NCBI GenBank assembly: GCA_963819655.1
Contig: CAWFXA010000002.1
Coordinates: forward strand, 1,280,001 to 1,344,000
DNA: 64,000 nucleotides
Reading direction: 5' to 3'
DNA from: an uncultured Chloroflexia bacterium
GTDB lineage: Bacteria > Chloroflexota > Limnocylindria > Limnocylindrales > CSP1-4
Shown: piece by piece, positions 18,550-28,169 of the stretch
How the letters are laid out: every line of letters begins with the position of its first letter
Numbering within the stretch: position 1 is the first letter of the stretch
Translations under genes and position numbers: made by a program
The notes under the pieces: model-generated
What the model was told of the DNA's origin: nothing
Seen by the model: only the letters and a program-made list of their open reading frames with translations
Databases searched by the model: none

Positions 18550-19587
18550 GTGGGTAGCCGGTTCCTAGCCCAGCGGCTCGGCCAGGCCGTCCTCACGATC
18601 CTGTTCGTCCTCGTCGTCAATTTCATCCTGTTCCGCTCGCTGCCGGGGTCGCCGGAACGGATCCTGCTGCGCGGGACACGGATCTCCGCCCAGGCGCTCG
18701 AGATCCAGCGCGAGCGGTGGGGCCTCAATGACCCGCTCCTTCCGATCGAGCTGCAGATCGACGAGGGGGGGGTCACGCTGGTCGACTTCCCGGCGTCGCT
18801 CATCGACAACCAGCTGGTGGCATACATCGGGTCGCTGGCGCGGCTCGACCTCGGGCTGTCGTTCCAGTTCCGCGGCCGGGACGTGGCCGAGGTGATCGCG
18901 GAGAAGCTGCCACCGACCCTGCTGCTCTTCGGCATCGGCGAGATCATCGCCATCTTCCTCGGCCTCGGGCTCGGCGCCCTGGCCGGATGGCGACGTGGCA
19001 AACCGTCCGATTACGTCGGGACGAGCGTGTCGCTCGTCCTGTACTCGATGCCCTATTTCTGGCTGGGCATGATCCTGCTGATCATCTTCGCGGCGACCCT
19101 TCACTGGTTCCCGACGACCGGGATGGTCACCCCGGGTGCCGAATACGCCAGCCCGGTCGACCAGGTCGTGGACGTCGCCCGACACCTGGTGCTGCCGGTG
19201 ACGACGGTCGCGCTCGGGTTGATCGGCGCGTATTCACTGCTGATGCGCTCGGCCGTGACAGAGGTCCTGTCCGAGGATTACGTCCAGACTGCGCGTGCCA
19301 AGGGCCTCAAGGGCGACCGGATCCTGCGTGGGCACGTGCTGCCGAACGCGATGCTGCCGGCCGTGACGCTCGTGGCGATCAACCTCGGCTACATCGTCGC
19401 GGGAGCGATCACGGTCGAGCAGGTCTTCTCATGGCCGGGTCTGGGCACGCTCACGGTGGACGCGCTGCGGACCCGCGACTACCCGATGATGTCCGGGATC
19501 TTCCTCGTCCTGTCGATCAGCGTCGTGCTTGCCAACTTCGCGGCGGACCTACTCTACGGCGTGCTCGACCCGCGCGTGCGGACATGA
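18550..19587 (+). CDS. Peptide ABC permease (DppB/OppB-like)
   Basis: EDYVQTARAKG EAA loop, RDYP, DLLYGVLDPRV. Confidence 0.93.
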   Translation: MGSRFLAQRLGQAVLTILFVLVVNFILFRSLPGSPERILLRGTRISAQALEIQRERWGLNDPLLPIELQIDEGGVTLVDFPASLIDNQLVAYIGSLARLDLGLSFQFRGRDVAEVIAEKLPPTLLLFGIGEIIAIFLGLGLGALAGWRRGKPSDYVGTSVSLVLYSMPYFWLGMILLIIFAATLHWFPTTGMVTPGAEYASPVDQVVDVARHLVLPVTTVALGLIGAYSLLMRSAVTEVLSEDYVQTARAKGLKGDRILRGHVLPNAMLPAVTLVAINLGYIVAGAITVEQVFSWPGLGTLTVDALRTRDYPMMSGIFLVLSISVVLANFAADLLYGVLDPRVRT

Positions 19588-20561
19588 CCGCGCAGGCACC
19601 GATGACCGGCGAGGTCGCCGCCGAGGTCTTCACCCGCCGTGCGCGGGCCGAGCGCTGGCGCCTGCGCGCGCGACGGCTCAGGAGCGTCGTGCGCCAGTTC
19701 GCCAGGCAGCGCAGTGGCGTCATCGGCGTCCTGATCATCGGGCTGTTCACGTTCTGCGCGCTGTTCCCGGAGCAGCTCGTCGGGCCGTTCGAGACCGTCA
19801 CCCGCGCATCTGGGGAGAAGTTCGAGCCGCCGTCGCTGACCCACATCCTCGGGACGGACGAGCTCGGTCGGGACGTCCTGAATCTCGTCGTTCACGGAGC
19901 GCGCATCTCGATGTCCATCGGCCTGATGGCCACGATCATCACGGTCTTGATAGGCGCAGTCATCGGCATCGTCGCCGGGTTCGTCGGCGGTCGGCCCGAC
20001 ACGATCCTGATGCGCATCACCGATTTCTTCCTGATCCTGCCGACGTTCGTGCTGGCGCTCGTGCTGGCCCCTGTGCTGCGCGAGCTCCTCGGGGAGTCGT
20101 CGGAGTTCTTCGAGATCAGGGTGACGCTGCTCGTGATCATCGTGGTCATCGGCATCACGTCCTGGGCGTCGACCGCACGGATCATCAGGAGCCAGACGTT
20201 GTCGATCCGCGAGCGCGCCTACATCGACCGGGCTCGCGTGATCGGGGCGTCGGCCGGGCACATCATGCGGCGCCACATCCTGCCGAACGTCCTCTCGCTG
20301 ATCGTGGCGAACACCGTGCTCGTCTTCGCCGGAGCCGTCCTCATCGAGACGACACTCTCGTTCGTCGGTCTCGGCGACCAGCTCGCCCCATCGTGGGGCC
20401 AGATCCTCGCGTTCGCCCAGGCGTCGGGCGCACCGGGCATCGGGGCATGGTGGTACACGGCCTCGCCGGGCGTCGCCATCGTGCTCGTCGTGCTGTCGTT
20501 CACTCTCGTCGGCAACGCGCTCGACTCGATCCTCAACCCGAAGCTGGCCGGTCGCCGATGA
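19584..20561 (+). CDS. Peptide ABC permease (DppC/OppC-like)
   Basis: HILGTDELGRD, YIDRARVIG, LSFVGLG, PSWG; ATGA overlap. Confidence 0.93.
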   Translation: MTAQAPMTGEVAAEVFTRRARAERWRLRARRLRSVVRQFARQRSGVIGVLIIGLFTFCALFPEQLVGPFETVTRASGEKFEPPSLTHILGTDELGRDVLNLVVHGARISMSIGLMATIITVLIGAVIGIVAGFVGGRPDTILMRITDFFLILPTFVLALVLAPVLRELLGESSEFFEIRVTLLVIIVVIGITSWASTARIIRSQTLSIRERAYIDRARVIGASAGHIMRRHILPNVLSLIVANTVLVFAGAVLIETTLSFVGLGDQLAPSWGQILAFAQASGAPGIGAWWYTASPGVAIVLVVLSFTLVGNALDSILNPKLAGRR

Positions 20562-21730
20562 GCGCGGAGAACCCGGCCCTGGCGCGCATGGTCACCCGCG
20601 CCGGTCGGACCTTGCCGAAGCTCGCCGACCCCGGTGCACCTCTCCTCGAGGTGACCGACCTGCGCGTCCGGTTCTCGCTCGCAAAGGGCGGCCTGACCGC
20701 GGTCGACGGGGTCAGCTTCCGACTGGACGATGGCGAGGCGCTGGGGATCGCCGGCGAGTCCGGGTGTGGCAAGACGACGACCGCGCTATCGCTCCTCCAG
20801 CTCCTGCCGTCGAACGGGCGCATCGAGTCCGGTCGCGTCGAGCTGTACGGGATCGATCTCGCCCAGAAGTCCGAAGCCGCCATGACCCGCTACCGGTGGC
20901 GCGAGATCAGCATGGTGTTCCAGGGCGCCATGAACGCGCTCAACCCGGTCCGCCGGGTGCGCGACCAGATCGCCGAGCCGATCATCGTCCGCCTCGGGGT
21001 GCCGGAGGAGACGGCGCGGCGACGAGCACTCGAACTGCTCGATCTCGTCGGGATCCCGATGCAGCGCGGCGGCGCCTACCCCCACGAGCTCTCGGGCGGC
21101 ATGCGCCAGCGGGCGATGATCGCGATGGCACTCGCGTGCAATCCGGCCATCGTGATCGGCGACGAGCCGACGACCGCGCTCGATGTCATGGTCCAGGCGC
21201 AGATCCTCGCGTTGCTCGAGAGCCTGCGTTGGGAGCTTGGGTTGTCGATGATCCTCATCACGCACGATCTGTCGGTGATCGCTGAGACGTGCGACAAGGT
21301 CATGATCATGTACGCCGGCCGGGTCGCCGAGGAAGGACCTGTCTCGCGGGTCTTCACGGCGCCACGGCACCCGTACACGCAGGCGTTGCTTCGCGCGTTT
21401 CCCAACATCCGGGCTGACCGGCGGACCCTCGATGTCATCCCGGGCAACCTGCCGGACCTGCGCGACCCGCCGCCAGGCTGCCGATTCGCGCCGCGGTGCC
21501 CGTTCGCGATGGACGTCTGTCGGGTCGTGACGCCGCCGGAGGTGACGATGTCGGACGGTGTCCGAGTCGCCTGCCATCTCTATCCGACCCCCGATGCGGC
21601 GATCGTCGAGCCCGCGCCGATCGCCCAGGTCGGCGCGGATGCGCCGGTCGACGACGTGGTGCCCCCGGCCGATAACAGCAACCTGCGCGACGTCGACGAC
21701 GACACGCTCTCTGACGAGGTCCAGCCATGA
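20558..21730 (+). CDS. Peptide ABC ATPase (DppD/OppD-like)
   Basis: [24 protein letters not shown], Cys-rich oligo_HPY tail. Confidence 0.93.
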   Translation: MSAENPALARMVTRAGRTLPKLADPGAPLLEVTDLRVRFSLAKGGLTAVDGVSFRLDDGEALGIAGESGCGKTTTALSLLQLLPSNGRIESGRVELYGIDLAQKSEAAMTRYRWREISMVFQGAMNALNPVRRVRDQIAEPIIVRLGVPEETARRRALELLDLVGIPMQRGGAYPHELSGGMRQRAMIAMALACNPAIVIGDEPTTALDVMVQAQILALLESLRWELGLSMILITHDLSVIAETCDKVMIMYAGRVAEEGPVSRVFTAPRHPYTQALLRAFPNIRADRRTLDVIPGNLPDLRDPPPGCRFAPRCPFAMDVCRVVTPPEVTMSDGVRVACHLYPTPDAAIVEPAPIAQVGADAPVDDVVPPADNSNLRDVDDDTLSDEVQP

Positions 21731-22791
21731 CCGACCTCGTCCGTCTCGAAGGGCTGGAAGTGCACTTCCCGATCCGGGGCGGAGTTCTCGATACGCTGCT
21801 GCGCCGGACCATTGGCGTCGTGCGCGCCGTCGATGGCATCGACCTGACGTTGCGCCGTGGCGAGGTGCTGGCCCTGGTCGGCGAATCCGGCAGCGGCAAG
21901 ACGACGACCGGCCGCGTCCTCGTGAAGCTCACCCGTCAGACCGGTGGCCGTGTCGAAGTCGATGGCGCCGATGTCAGCGACCTGTGGTCCGGGCCGCTGT
22001 TGCGCGCGTATCGCCGGCGGGTCCAGTTGATCTTCCAGGACCCGTACGAGACCCTGAACCCGAAGCAGACCATCCTCGACTTCGTCGCGGAGCCGTTGGT
22101 CGTGCACCGGATCGGCACCGAGGAGGAGCGCAGCGCGCGCGTTCTCGCTGCGCTCGATTCGGTCGGCCTGCGACCGGCCACGGATTACGCCCTGCGCTTC
22201 CCGCATGAGCTGTCGGGCGGCCAGCGGCAGCGCGTCGTGATCGCCGGCGCGCTCGTCATGGACCCCGAGATCATCGTCGCGGACGAGCCGGTCTCGATGC
22301 TCGACGTCTCGATCCGGACCGAGCTGCTCCGGCTCATGCTGGACCTCCGCGAGGAGCGCGGCCTGACCTACCTGTTCATCACCCACGACCTGTCGCTGGC
22401 CTGGGTGATCGCCGACCGGATCGCTGTGATGTACCTCGGGCGGATCATGGAGATCGGACCGGCCGAGGCGGTCATCCGCACGCCCCGCAATCCCTACACC
22501 GAAGCCTTGGTGTCGGTGTCGCCGTCGCCGGAGCCACCGACGCCGGGCAAACGCGCGCAGCGGACGATCCTCAAGGGCGAGACGCCCGATGCCGCGCACA
22601 TCCCGAGCGGCTGCCGGTTCCATCCGCGCTGTCCGAAGGCGTTCGATCGCTGCGTCGCGGAGTCGCCGCCGCTGTTCGACCTCGGGGGAGGGCACGCCGC
22701 GGCATGCTGGCTCGCGGAGCCCGGGATCGCGACCGGCGGTCGCGCGTTGCCCGTGGTCGAGGCCGCTCGAACGGGCGAGGTCGGCGCATGA
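21727..22791 (+). CDS. Peptide ABC ATPase (DppF/OppF-like)
   Basis: GESGSGKT, LSGGQRQR, DEPV, GCRFHPRC. Confidence 0.93.
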   Translation: MTDLVRLEGLEVHFPIRGGVLDTLLRRTIGVVRAVDGIDLTLRRGEVLALVGESGSGKTTTGRVLVKLTRQTGGRVEVDGADVSDLWSGPLLRAYRRRVQLIFQDPYETLNPKQTILDFVAEPLVVHRIGTEEERSARVLAALDSVGLRPATDYALRFPHELSGGQRQRVVIAGALVMDPEIIVADEPVSMLDVSIRTELLRLMLDLREERGLTYLFITHDLSLAWVIADRIAVMYLGRIMEIGPAEAVIRTPRNPYTEALVSVSPSPEPPTPGKRAQRTILKGETPDAAHIPSGCRFHPRCPKAFDRCVAESPPLFDLGGGHAAACWLAEPGIATGGRALPVVEAARTGEVGA

Positions 22792-23363
22792 CCGACAGGT
22801 CCGGACCAGAGATGCCGGCTGAGCCGCCTCTGGCGCTACCGACCATCGCCGACCTGCTCGCAGCGACCGCAGTGACCGTGGCAGAGGAGCTTCGCGCGCT
22901 GGGCGACGTCGCCGGCTGGCGACCCGAGCCGGGCGAGTGGAGCGCCAACGAATGCGTCGGCCACCTGATCGAGGCGGAACGTCGGGGGTTCGCTGGTCGG
23001 ATCAGGACGATCCTGGGCGCCGTGCGGACCGACGGGTCATTCGAGCCACCGATCCTCGAGACCTGGGACCCACCTGCCATCGCCGCGGCGCGCCGGGACC
23101 ACGAGCGGCCGGCAGCGGAACTGGCCGGCGAGTTCGCGGCGACGCGCGCCGACAGCGTCACGCTGGTCCGCTCGCTGACCGAGCGTGACCTGGGCCGTAG
23201 CGGGACACACCCCGAGGTCGGAGAGCTGCGGGTGGACGAGCTCCTCGCGGAATGGGTCCACCATGATCGGAACCACATCCGTCAGATGCTCGCGGTCACC
23301 CAGTCCCGGGTGTGGGGCCAGATGGGCAACGCCCGAACCTTCAGCGTCCTCGACCTCGAGTGA
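22788..23363 (+). CDS. DinB family protein
   Basis: GEWSANECVGHL, HHDRNH metal-binding His motif. Confidence 0.85.
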   Translation: MTDRSGPEMPAEPPLALPTIADLLAATAVTVAEELRALGDVAGWRPEPGEWSANECVGHLIEAERRGFAGRIRTILGAVRTDGSFEPPILETWDPPAIAAARRDHERPAAELAGEFAATRADSVTLVRSLTERDLGRSGTHPEVGELRVDELLAEWVHHDRNHIRQMLAVTQSRVWGQMGNARTFSVLDLE

Positions 23364-23370
23364 CGCTCAG

Positions 23371-23715
23371 CTAAAGCTGGCGCTGTGAGCGCGGCTCGAG
23401 GATCACGACGACGATCTCCCGGTCGGTCTTGCGCTTGTACGCCGCGTAATTGCGGAGTCCGGCGACGAACTGCGGCCAGAGACGGTCATCCTCGGCCCGC
23501 GTCGACCGCCGCGCACGGACCGGCCTGGTCTCCTTGCGGACGTCAATCTCGGCGTCTGGCTCCGCCTGCAGGTTGAGCCACCAGGCCGGTTCGCGGTCGC
23601 GTCCACCGTTCGACGTGACGATGGCGAGGTTATCGCCGTCCTCGACGTAGTACAGCGGCGTCCGCCGCGCGATGCCAGTACGCCGACCGACGGTTCGCAG
23701 GTGCAGCGTCAGCAC
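23371..23715 (-). CDS. Deazaflavin (F420H2)-dependent nitroreductase family protein, short N-terminus
   Basis: TVGRRTG..RRTPL, SNGG...PAWWLNL, Y...TDREI. Confidence 0.8.
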   Translation of the reverse strand: MLTLHLRTVGRRTGIARRTPLYYVEDGDNLAIVTSNGGRDREPAWWLNLQAEPDAEIDVRKETRPVRARRSTRAEDDRLWPQFVAGLRNYAAYKRKTDREIVVVILEPRSQRQL

Positions 23716-23745
23716 CGTCCGAGGCCAGCGACCCGATCGAGCTGC

Positions 23746-24408
23746 CTAGCCCGCGACCTCCTCGTCGACGTCCTCGAGGACCCGATAGATCGCCCAGGCG
23801 CCGAGCGCGCCGACGGTCGGACCCACGAGATAGATCCACAGCGCCGACAGGTCGGCCCCGATCAGGGCCGAGCCGATCGAACGGGCCGGGTTGACCGACG
23901 CTCCGGACAGGGACGCTGACGCGAAATGGATCGCGAGCAGCGTTAGTGGGATGGCGAGCGGCGCGAGCCCGGCGGCGCGTTTGGTCGATACGAGGATGAC
24001 CAGCACGAAGCCGGTGGTCATCACGATCTCGAGGATGAGCGCGCCGATGTCGGTGACGCCGGGACCCGGCTTGGTCACGCCGGCCGTGACGGCTGACTGG
24101 CCCACCACGACGAAGACGATGGCCGCAGCGGCGATCGCCCCGATGACTTGCGCCAGGATGTAGCCGATGGCGTCGGTCGTCTCGATCCGCTTGTCCAGCA
24201 CAGCCGCGACCGTGACGGCCGGGTTGAAGTGGCCGCCCGAGATGTGGCCCACCGCGAAGATCGCCGCCAAGAGGCCGAAGCCGAACGCGAAGGGCACCAC
24301 AAGCAGGGTCGGGACATCCGAAACCCCGAGCGCCGCGACCGACGAATAGCCGATCGTCAGGAACAGGAACGTGCCGACCAGCTCGGCTAGGTACTTGCGG
24401 GTTTCCAT
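23746..24408 (-). CDS. Aquaporin (MIP family)
   Basis: HISGGHFNPAVT and SVNPARS dual NPA motifs. Confidence 0.95.
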   Translation of the reverse strand: METRKYLAELVGTFLFLTIGYSSVAALGVSDVPTLLVVPFAFGFGLLAAIFAVGHISGGHFNPAVTVAAVLDKRIETTDAIGYILAQVIGAIAAAAIVFVVVGQSAVTAGVTKPGPGVTDIGALILEIVMTTGFVLVILVSTKRAAGLAPLAIPLTLLAIHFASASLSGASVNPARSIGSALIGADLSALWIYLVGPTVGALGAWAIYRVLEDVDEEVAG

Positions 24409-24462
24409 TGTCCCTCCACGTGGCTTCGTTGCCGTGCGGCAGCGGTCTGGGCGAAATCGATG

Positions 24463-25122
24463 CTACCCGGTCGGTCCAGCCCTTTGACGGTCCGATGAGC
24501 CCCGGTCGACCGTCGCGCGTGCCGCGCGGACCAACAGGCTGTCGCACCAGGTCCGGCACAGGACCTCGACGAGCTCGAGGCGATCGATGGCAGTCGCCAG
24601 GTCCGGCCCGACGGCCACCGCGCCGTGTCGTTCGAGGAGCACCACATCGGCGTAGGGCGCAGGCGCCGCGGTCAGCACCTCGGCGATCCGAGCTGCCAGG
24701 TCGTCGCTGCCCGGCTCCCCGAACGGCAGATAGGGCAGGCGCGGGATGAACAGCGCCGTCTCGGGCAGCGCGACCGGGTCCGGGATCTCCCCGGCGAGGG
24801 TGAGCGCCATCGACGCCGGCAGGTGGGCGTGGGCGACCGATGTGATGTCGGGTCGGGCCGCAAGCGCAGCCAGGTGGATCGCGAGGTCCGATGAGGGTTC
24901 GAGGCCCGATGCGGAGCGGGCTGCCGCTCGGGCGTCGCCGACCGCCATCACGACCACGTCCCGCTCGGCCAGCTCGTCCTTGCGCCGGCCGCGCGGCGTG
25001 ATCGCCAAACGGTCTCCGTCGAGCCGGATCGACAGGTTGCCCTCGCCGGCCGAGATGAGCCCGCGTGCACCGAGCCGCCGTCCGGCCGCGACGATCTGGG
25101 CGGCGGCCGAGCGTTCGTCCAT
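24463..25122 (-). CDS. Class II aldolase/adducin family protein
   Basis: EGNLSIR, PSSD..IH, AHAH, LERHG. Confidence 0.88.
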   Translation of the reverse strand: MDERSAAAQIVAAGRRLGARGLISAGEGNLSIRLDGDRLAITPRGRRKDELAERDVVVMAVGDARAAARSASGLEPSSDLAIHLAALAARPDITSVAHAHLPASMALTLAGEIPDPVALPETALFIPRLPYLPFGEPGSDDLAARIAEVLTAAPAPYADVVLLERHGAVAVGPDLATAIDRLELVEVLCRTWCDSLLVRAARATVDRGSSDRQRAGPTG

Positions 25123-25175
25123 GGCAGCGATCGTAGGGCACCCGACGGGGCCCGGCCCGCCCGTACCATCCGCTG

Positions 25176-26402
25176 GTGCCTGAGCCCGCCCCCCTGGGTC
25201 GCAATCACGATTTCCGTGTCCTGCTGACGTCGCAGGGCATCTCCGCTCTCGGCGACGCGGTGAGCTTCACGGCCCTGCCACTGCTCGTCCTGGCTCTGAC
25301 CGGGTCGGGGCTGATGATGGGCATCGTCGGTGCGCTTGAGATGCTGCCGGACCTCCTGTTCGGGATGGTCGCCGGCGCCCTTGCCGACCGGAGCGATCGC
25401 CGCCGCATGATGTTTCTGGCGGACCTCGGCCGGGCGGCTCTGACTGCCCTGATCCCGATCTCGGTCCTGCTCGGCGGGCCGACGTTGGCGGTGATCCTCA
25501 TCGTGACGGCGCCGATGAGTGTCCTCCGCTCGTTCTTCCTGGCCGGCTACACGGCCTCGGTGCCGGTGCTCGTCGGCCGGTCGCAGCTCGCCCGAGCGAA
25601 CTCGATCTTCGAGGCCGTCTACTCGTTCGGGTTCATCATCGGGCCGGCCATCGCCGGGATCCTGGCGGCGACGATCGGCGCGGGCCTGACGCTCGCCATC
25701 GACGCCGCGTCGTTCGCCCTGTCCAGCCTCGTGCTTGCGTTCATGGACCGCGACCTGCGGGCACCGACCGATCGGTTGCCCGCGAGCCTCGCCGCGGACA
25801 TCCGTGAGGGCATCGACTACATCGTCCGCCACCCGCTCCTGCGCTCGATGATCCTGTTCTGGGGCCTCGTCTCGATCACGACCGCGCCCCTCGTCACGGC
25901 GCTGGCCGTCCACGTCACGCGCGACCTCGGCTACGAGGAGACGATCCTCGGGCTGGTCCTGACGGCGTACGGCATCGGCACGGTCATCGGTGCGCTGGTC
26001 GCCGCTCGCGTGAGCCGCCGGCCCGTGGGGCCGTCTCTGCTCGGCGGGACGTTCCTCACAGGCGTGTTGCTCTTCGCGATCTCGCGCACGAGCGAGGTGC
26101 CCGTGATGCTGGGCGTCGCCGTGATCGCGGGCATGGCCCAGAGCGTGGTCCTCGTCACATACCTGACGACGCGTAGCAATCACGCACCCGACGCGCTCCT
26201 CGGCCGGGTCGGCAGCACGGCGCGCACGATCTCGCTGGGGCTCCAACCGATCGGCATGCTCGCGGGCGGCGTGCTCATCGATCTGAGCAGCGGCTCGGCG
26301 ACCATCGCCGTGATGGGTATCGGCCTGATCGTCCTGACACTGGCCTTCGTGCCGGTGCGCGCGCTGCGGCGCGCGAACGTCATGCCGGCCACGCCGCCGT
26401 AG
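25176..26402 (+). CDS. MFS transporter
   Basis: About 12 hydrophobic segments; GALADRSDRRR motif A. Confidence 0.9.
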   Translation: MPEPAPLGRNHDFRVLLTSQGISALGDAVSFTALPLLVLALTGSGLMMGIVGALEMLPDLLFGMVAGALADRSDRRRMMFLADLGRAALTALIPISVLLGGPTLAVILIVTAPMSVLRSFFLAGYTASVPVLVGRSQLARANSIFEAVYSFGFIIGPAIAGILAATIGAGLTLAIDAASFALSSLVLAFMDRDLRAPTDRLPASLAADIREGIDYIVRHPLLRSMILFWGLVSITTAPLVTALAVHVTRDLGYEETILGLVLTAYGIGTVIGALVAARVSRRPVGPSLLGGTFLTGVLLFAISRTSEVPVMLGVAVIAGMAQSVVLVTYLTTRSNHAPDALLGRVGSTARTISLGLQPIGMLAGGVLIDLSSGSATIAVMGIGLIVLTLAFVPVRALRRANVMPATPP

Positions 26403-26403
26403 C

Positions 26404-26541
26404 TCAGGCCGCTGCGTCGAGCGAGGTCGCCAGATCCGGCGCGATGTCGACCGTCACTCCGCAGCCGGCGCAGGTCATGTCCGAGAGGTTCTCGTCGGTC
26501 GTTGCCTCGCCCGCGCAGAGCGGGCAGTCGATCGTGATCAT
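26404..26541 (-). CDS. 45-aa zinc-ribbon microprotein (below ORF-track cutoff)
   Basis: Hand translation MITIDCPLCAGEATTDENLSDMTCAGCGVTVDIAPDLATSLDAAA; two CxxC, GGAG RBS, GC3-rich codons. Confidence 0.75.
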   Translation of the reverse strand: MITIDCPLCAGEATTDENLSDMTCAGCGVTVDIAPDLATSLDAAA

Positions 26542-26598
26542 GTGTCGATGACTCCGTGCACTGGTTTGTGGCCGGAGTCTCGGCGGGGCGTGTGACAG

Positions 26599-27189
26599 CT
26601 AGCGTGTCACGCCGTATCGGAAGCAGCCCGGCAGGTGATCGTCGACGAGCCCGACGCTCTGCATGAACGCGTAGACGATCGTCGTGCCGACGAACTTGAA
26701 GCCGCGCTTCCGCAGATCACGCGACAGCGCATCGGACACGGGTGTCGAGGCCGGGATCTCGCCGCCCTTCGTCCCGGCCGGCAGCGGTGCCGGCGGGCCG
26801 GGCACCATCGTCGCCAGGTAGGCATCGAACGACCCGAACTCGTCCGCCAGGGCCAGAACGCCGGCCGCGTTGCCGATCGTGGCGTCGATCTTGGCCCGAT
26901 TGCGGACGATCCCGGCATCGGCCATGAGGCGTGCCCGGTCGTCATCGTCGAAGGCCGCGACGACCCGCGGTTCGAAGTCCTTGAAGGCGGCCCGGAACGC
27001 CGGGCGCTTGTTCAGGATCGTCGACCAGGACAGTCCGGCCTGGAACGATTCGAGCGCGAGCCGCTCAAAGAGCTCTCGATCGTCGTGCGTCGGGACGGCC
27101 CATTCGGTGTCGTGGTAGTCGATCATCCGCGGGTCCGGCCGTGCGCTCTCGGCACCGGACCACCAACAACGCGCCAGCCTATCGGTCAT
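26599..27189 (-). CDS. tag: DNA-3-methyladenine glycosylase I
   Basis: YHDTEW, LESFQAGLSW, IVRNRAKI, GFKFVG, DDH...C. Confidence 0.95.
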   Translation of the reverse strand: MTDRLARCWWSGAESARPDPRMIDYHDTEWAVPTHDDRELFERLALESFQAGLSWSTILNKRPAFRAAFKDFEPRVVAAFDDDDRARLMADAGIVRNRAKIDATIGNAAGVLALADEFGSFDAYLATMVPGPPAPLPAGTKGGEIPASTPVSDALSRDLRKRGFKFVGTTIVYAFMQSVGLVDDHLPGCFRYGVTR

Positions 27190-27214
27190 GGCCGAAGGCT
27201 ACGCTACGGACGAC

Positions 27215-27739
27215 ATGGCTCTCCACTGCTATCTGGGACACGGCGCCTCCGGGACGTCGGCGAGCATGGCGCCGTTCGTCCATGGATTGCGCGCCCGTGG
27301 CATCGCCGCGACCGCCATCGACCTGCCGAAGCGCAAGGCCGAGGAGGCGCTCCCCGCGTTCCACAAGGTCGTGCCGAGCAAGCCGGATGTCGTCGTCGGC
27401 GGCCACTCGTACGGCGGCCGGGTCGCCAGCCTGGCCGCGGCGGAACCGGGCGCGCCCTACGCGGCGCTCGTGCTCTTCTCCTTCCCACTGCACCCGCCCG
27501 GTTCGCCGGACAGGACCGACGCCCGAACGGCGCATTTCGCGGCGATCCGTTGCCCGGTTCTGCTGCTCTCGGGCGAATCCGACCCGTTCGCCCGGATCGA
27601 ACTCCTGCGCGCGGCCGTGACCAGGTTCGGCGGTCCGGCCGAGCTGGTCACGTACCCGAAGCTCGGCCACGGCCTCAAGCCGGTCCTCGACGACGCCCTC
27701 GACCGGGTCGCGGCGTTCCTGGCGACGGTCAAGGCCTGA
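27215..27739 (+). CDS. Small alpha/beta hydrolase (KANL3/Tex30-like)
   Basis: GHGA, GGHSYGGR, FPLHPPG, GESDPF, GHGL. Confidence 0.85.
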   Translation: MALHCYLGHGASGTSASMAPFVHGLRARGIAATAIDLPKRKAEEALPAFHKVVPSKPDVVVGGHSYGGRVASLAAAEPGAPYAALVLFSFPLHPPGSPDRTDARTAHFAAIRCPVLLLSGESDPFARIELLRAAVTRFGGPAELVTYPKLGHGLKPVLDDALDRVAAFLATVKA

Positions 27740-27761
27740 CCGGACCCTCTGCCGGCACCCG

Positions 27762-28142
27762 TCAGCGAGTCGCGATGACCTCGATCTCGACCGCGTAGTC
27801 GGCCGCCAGTGCCGTGACGCCGACCGTCGCCCGCGTCGGCGGATCGTTCGGGAAGTACTCGCGGTAGACCCTGTTCATGGCCGCGAAGTCGCCGAAGTCC
27901 CGGAGATAGACCGTGGCTTTGACGACGTCCGCGAAGGTGAGCCCGGCGGCCGTGAGGAGCCGCCCGACGTTGTCGAGCATGGCCCGGGTCTCGGCCTCGA
28001 TGCCGCCCGGGACCGCGCCGTGCGATCCCGGCGCGTCGCCGACCTGGCCGGCAAGGAAGACGAACCCGTTCGCCTCGACGACCTGCGAGAAGGGGTATGG
28101 CCCAGGCTCGACACCGGGCAGCTTCGGGACGTGCTTCGGCAT
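27762..28142 (-). CDS. RidA/Rid family hydrolase
   Basis: PFSQ, FLAGQ, MNRVY, PPTRATV, VEIE. Confidence 0.93.
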   Translation of the reverse strand: MPKHVPKLPGVEPGPYPFSQVVEANGFVFLAGQVGDAPGSHGAVPGGIEAETRAMLDNVGRLLTAAGLTFADVVKATVYLRDFGDFAAMNRVYREYFPNDPPTRATVGVTALAADYAVEIEVIATR

Positions 28143-28169
28143 AGTCGCTTCTCCCTCGTGATCCGACCG

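Noticed and set aside
19529-20557. Long N-terminal extension of the ABC ATPase (733 aa)
   Set aside because: Overlaps the permease in another frame; an ATGA-coupled start at 20558 fits
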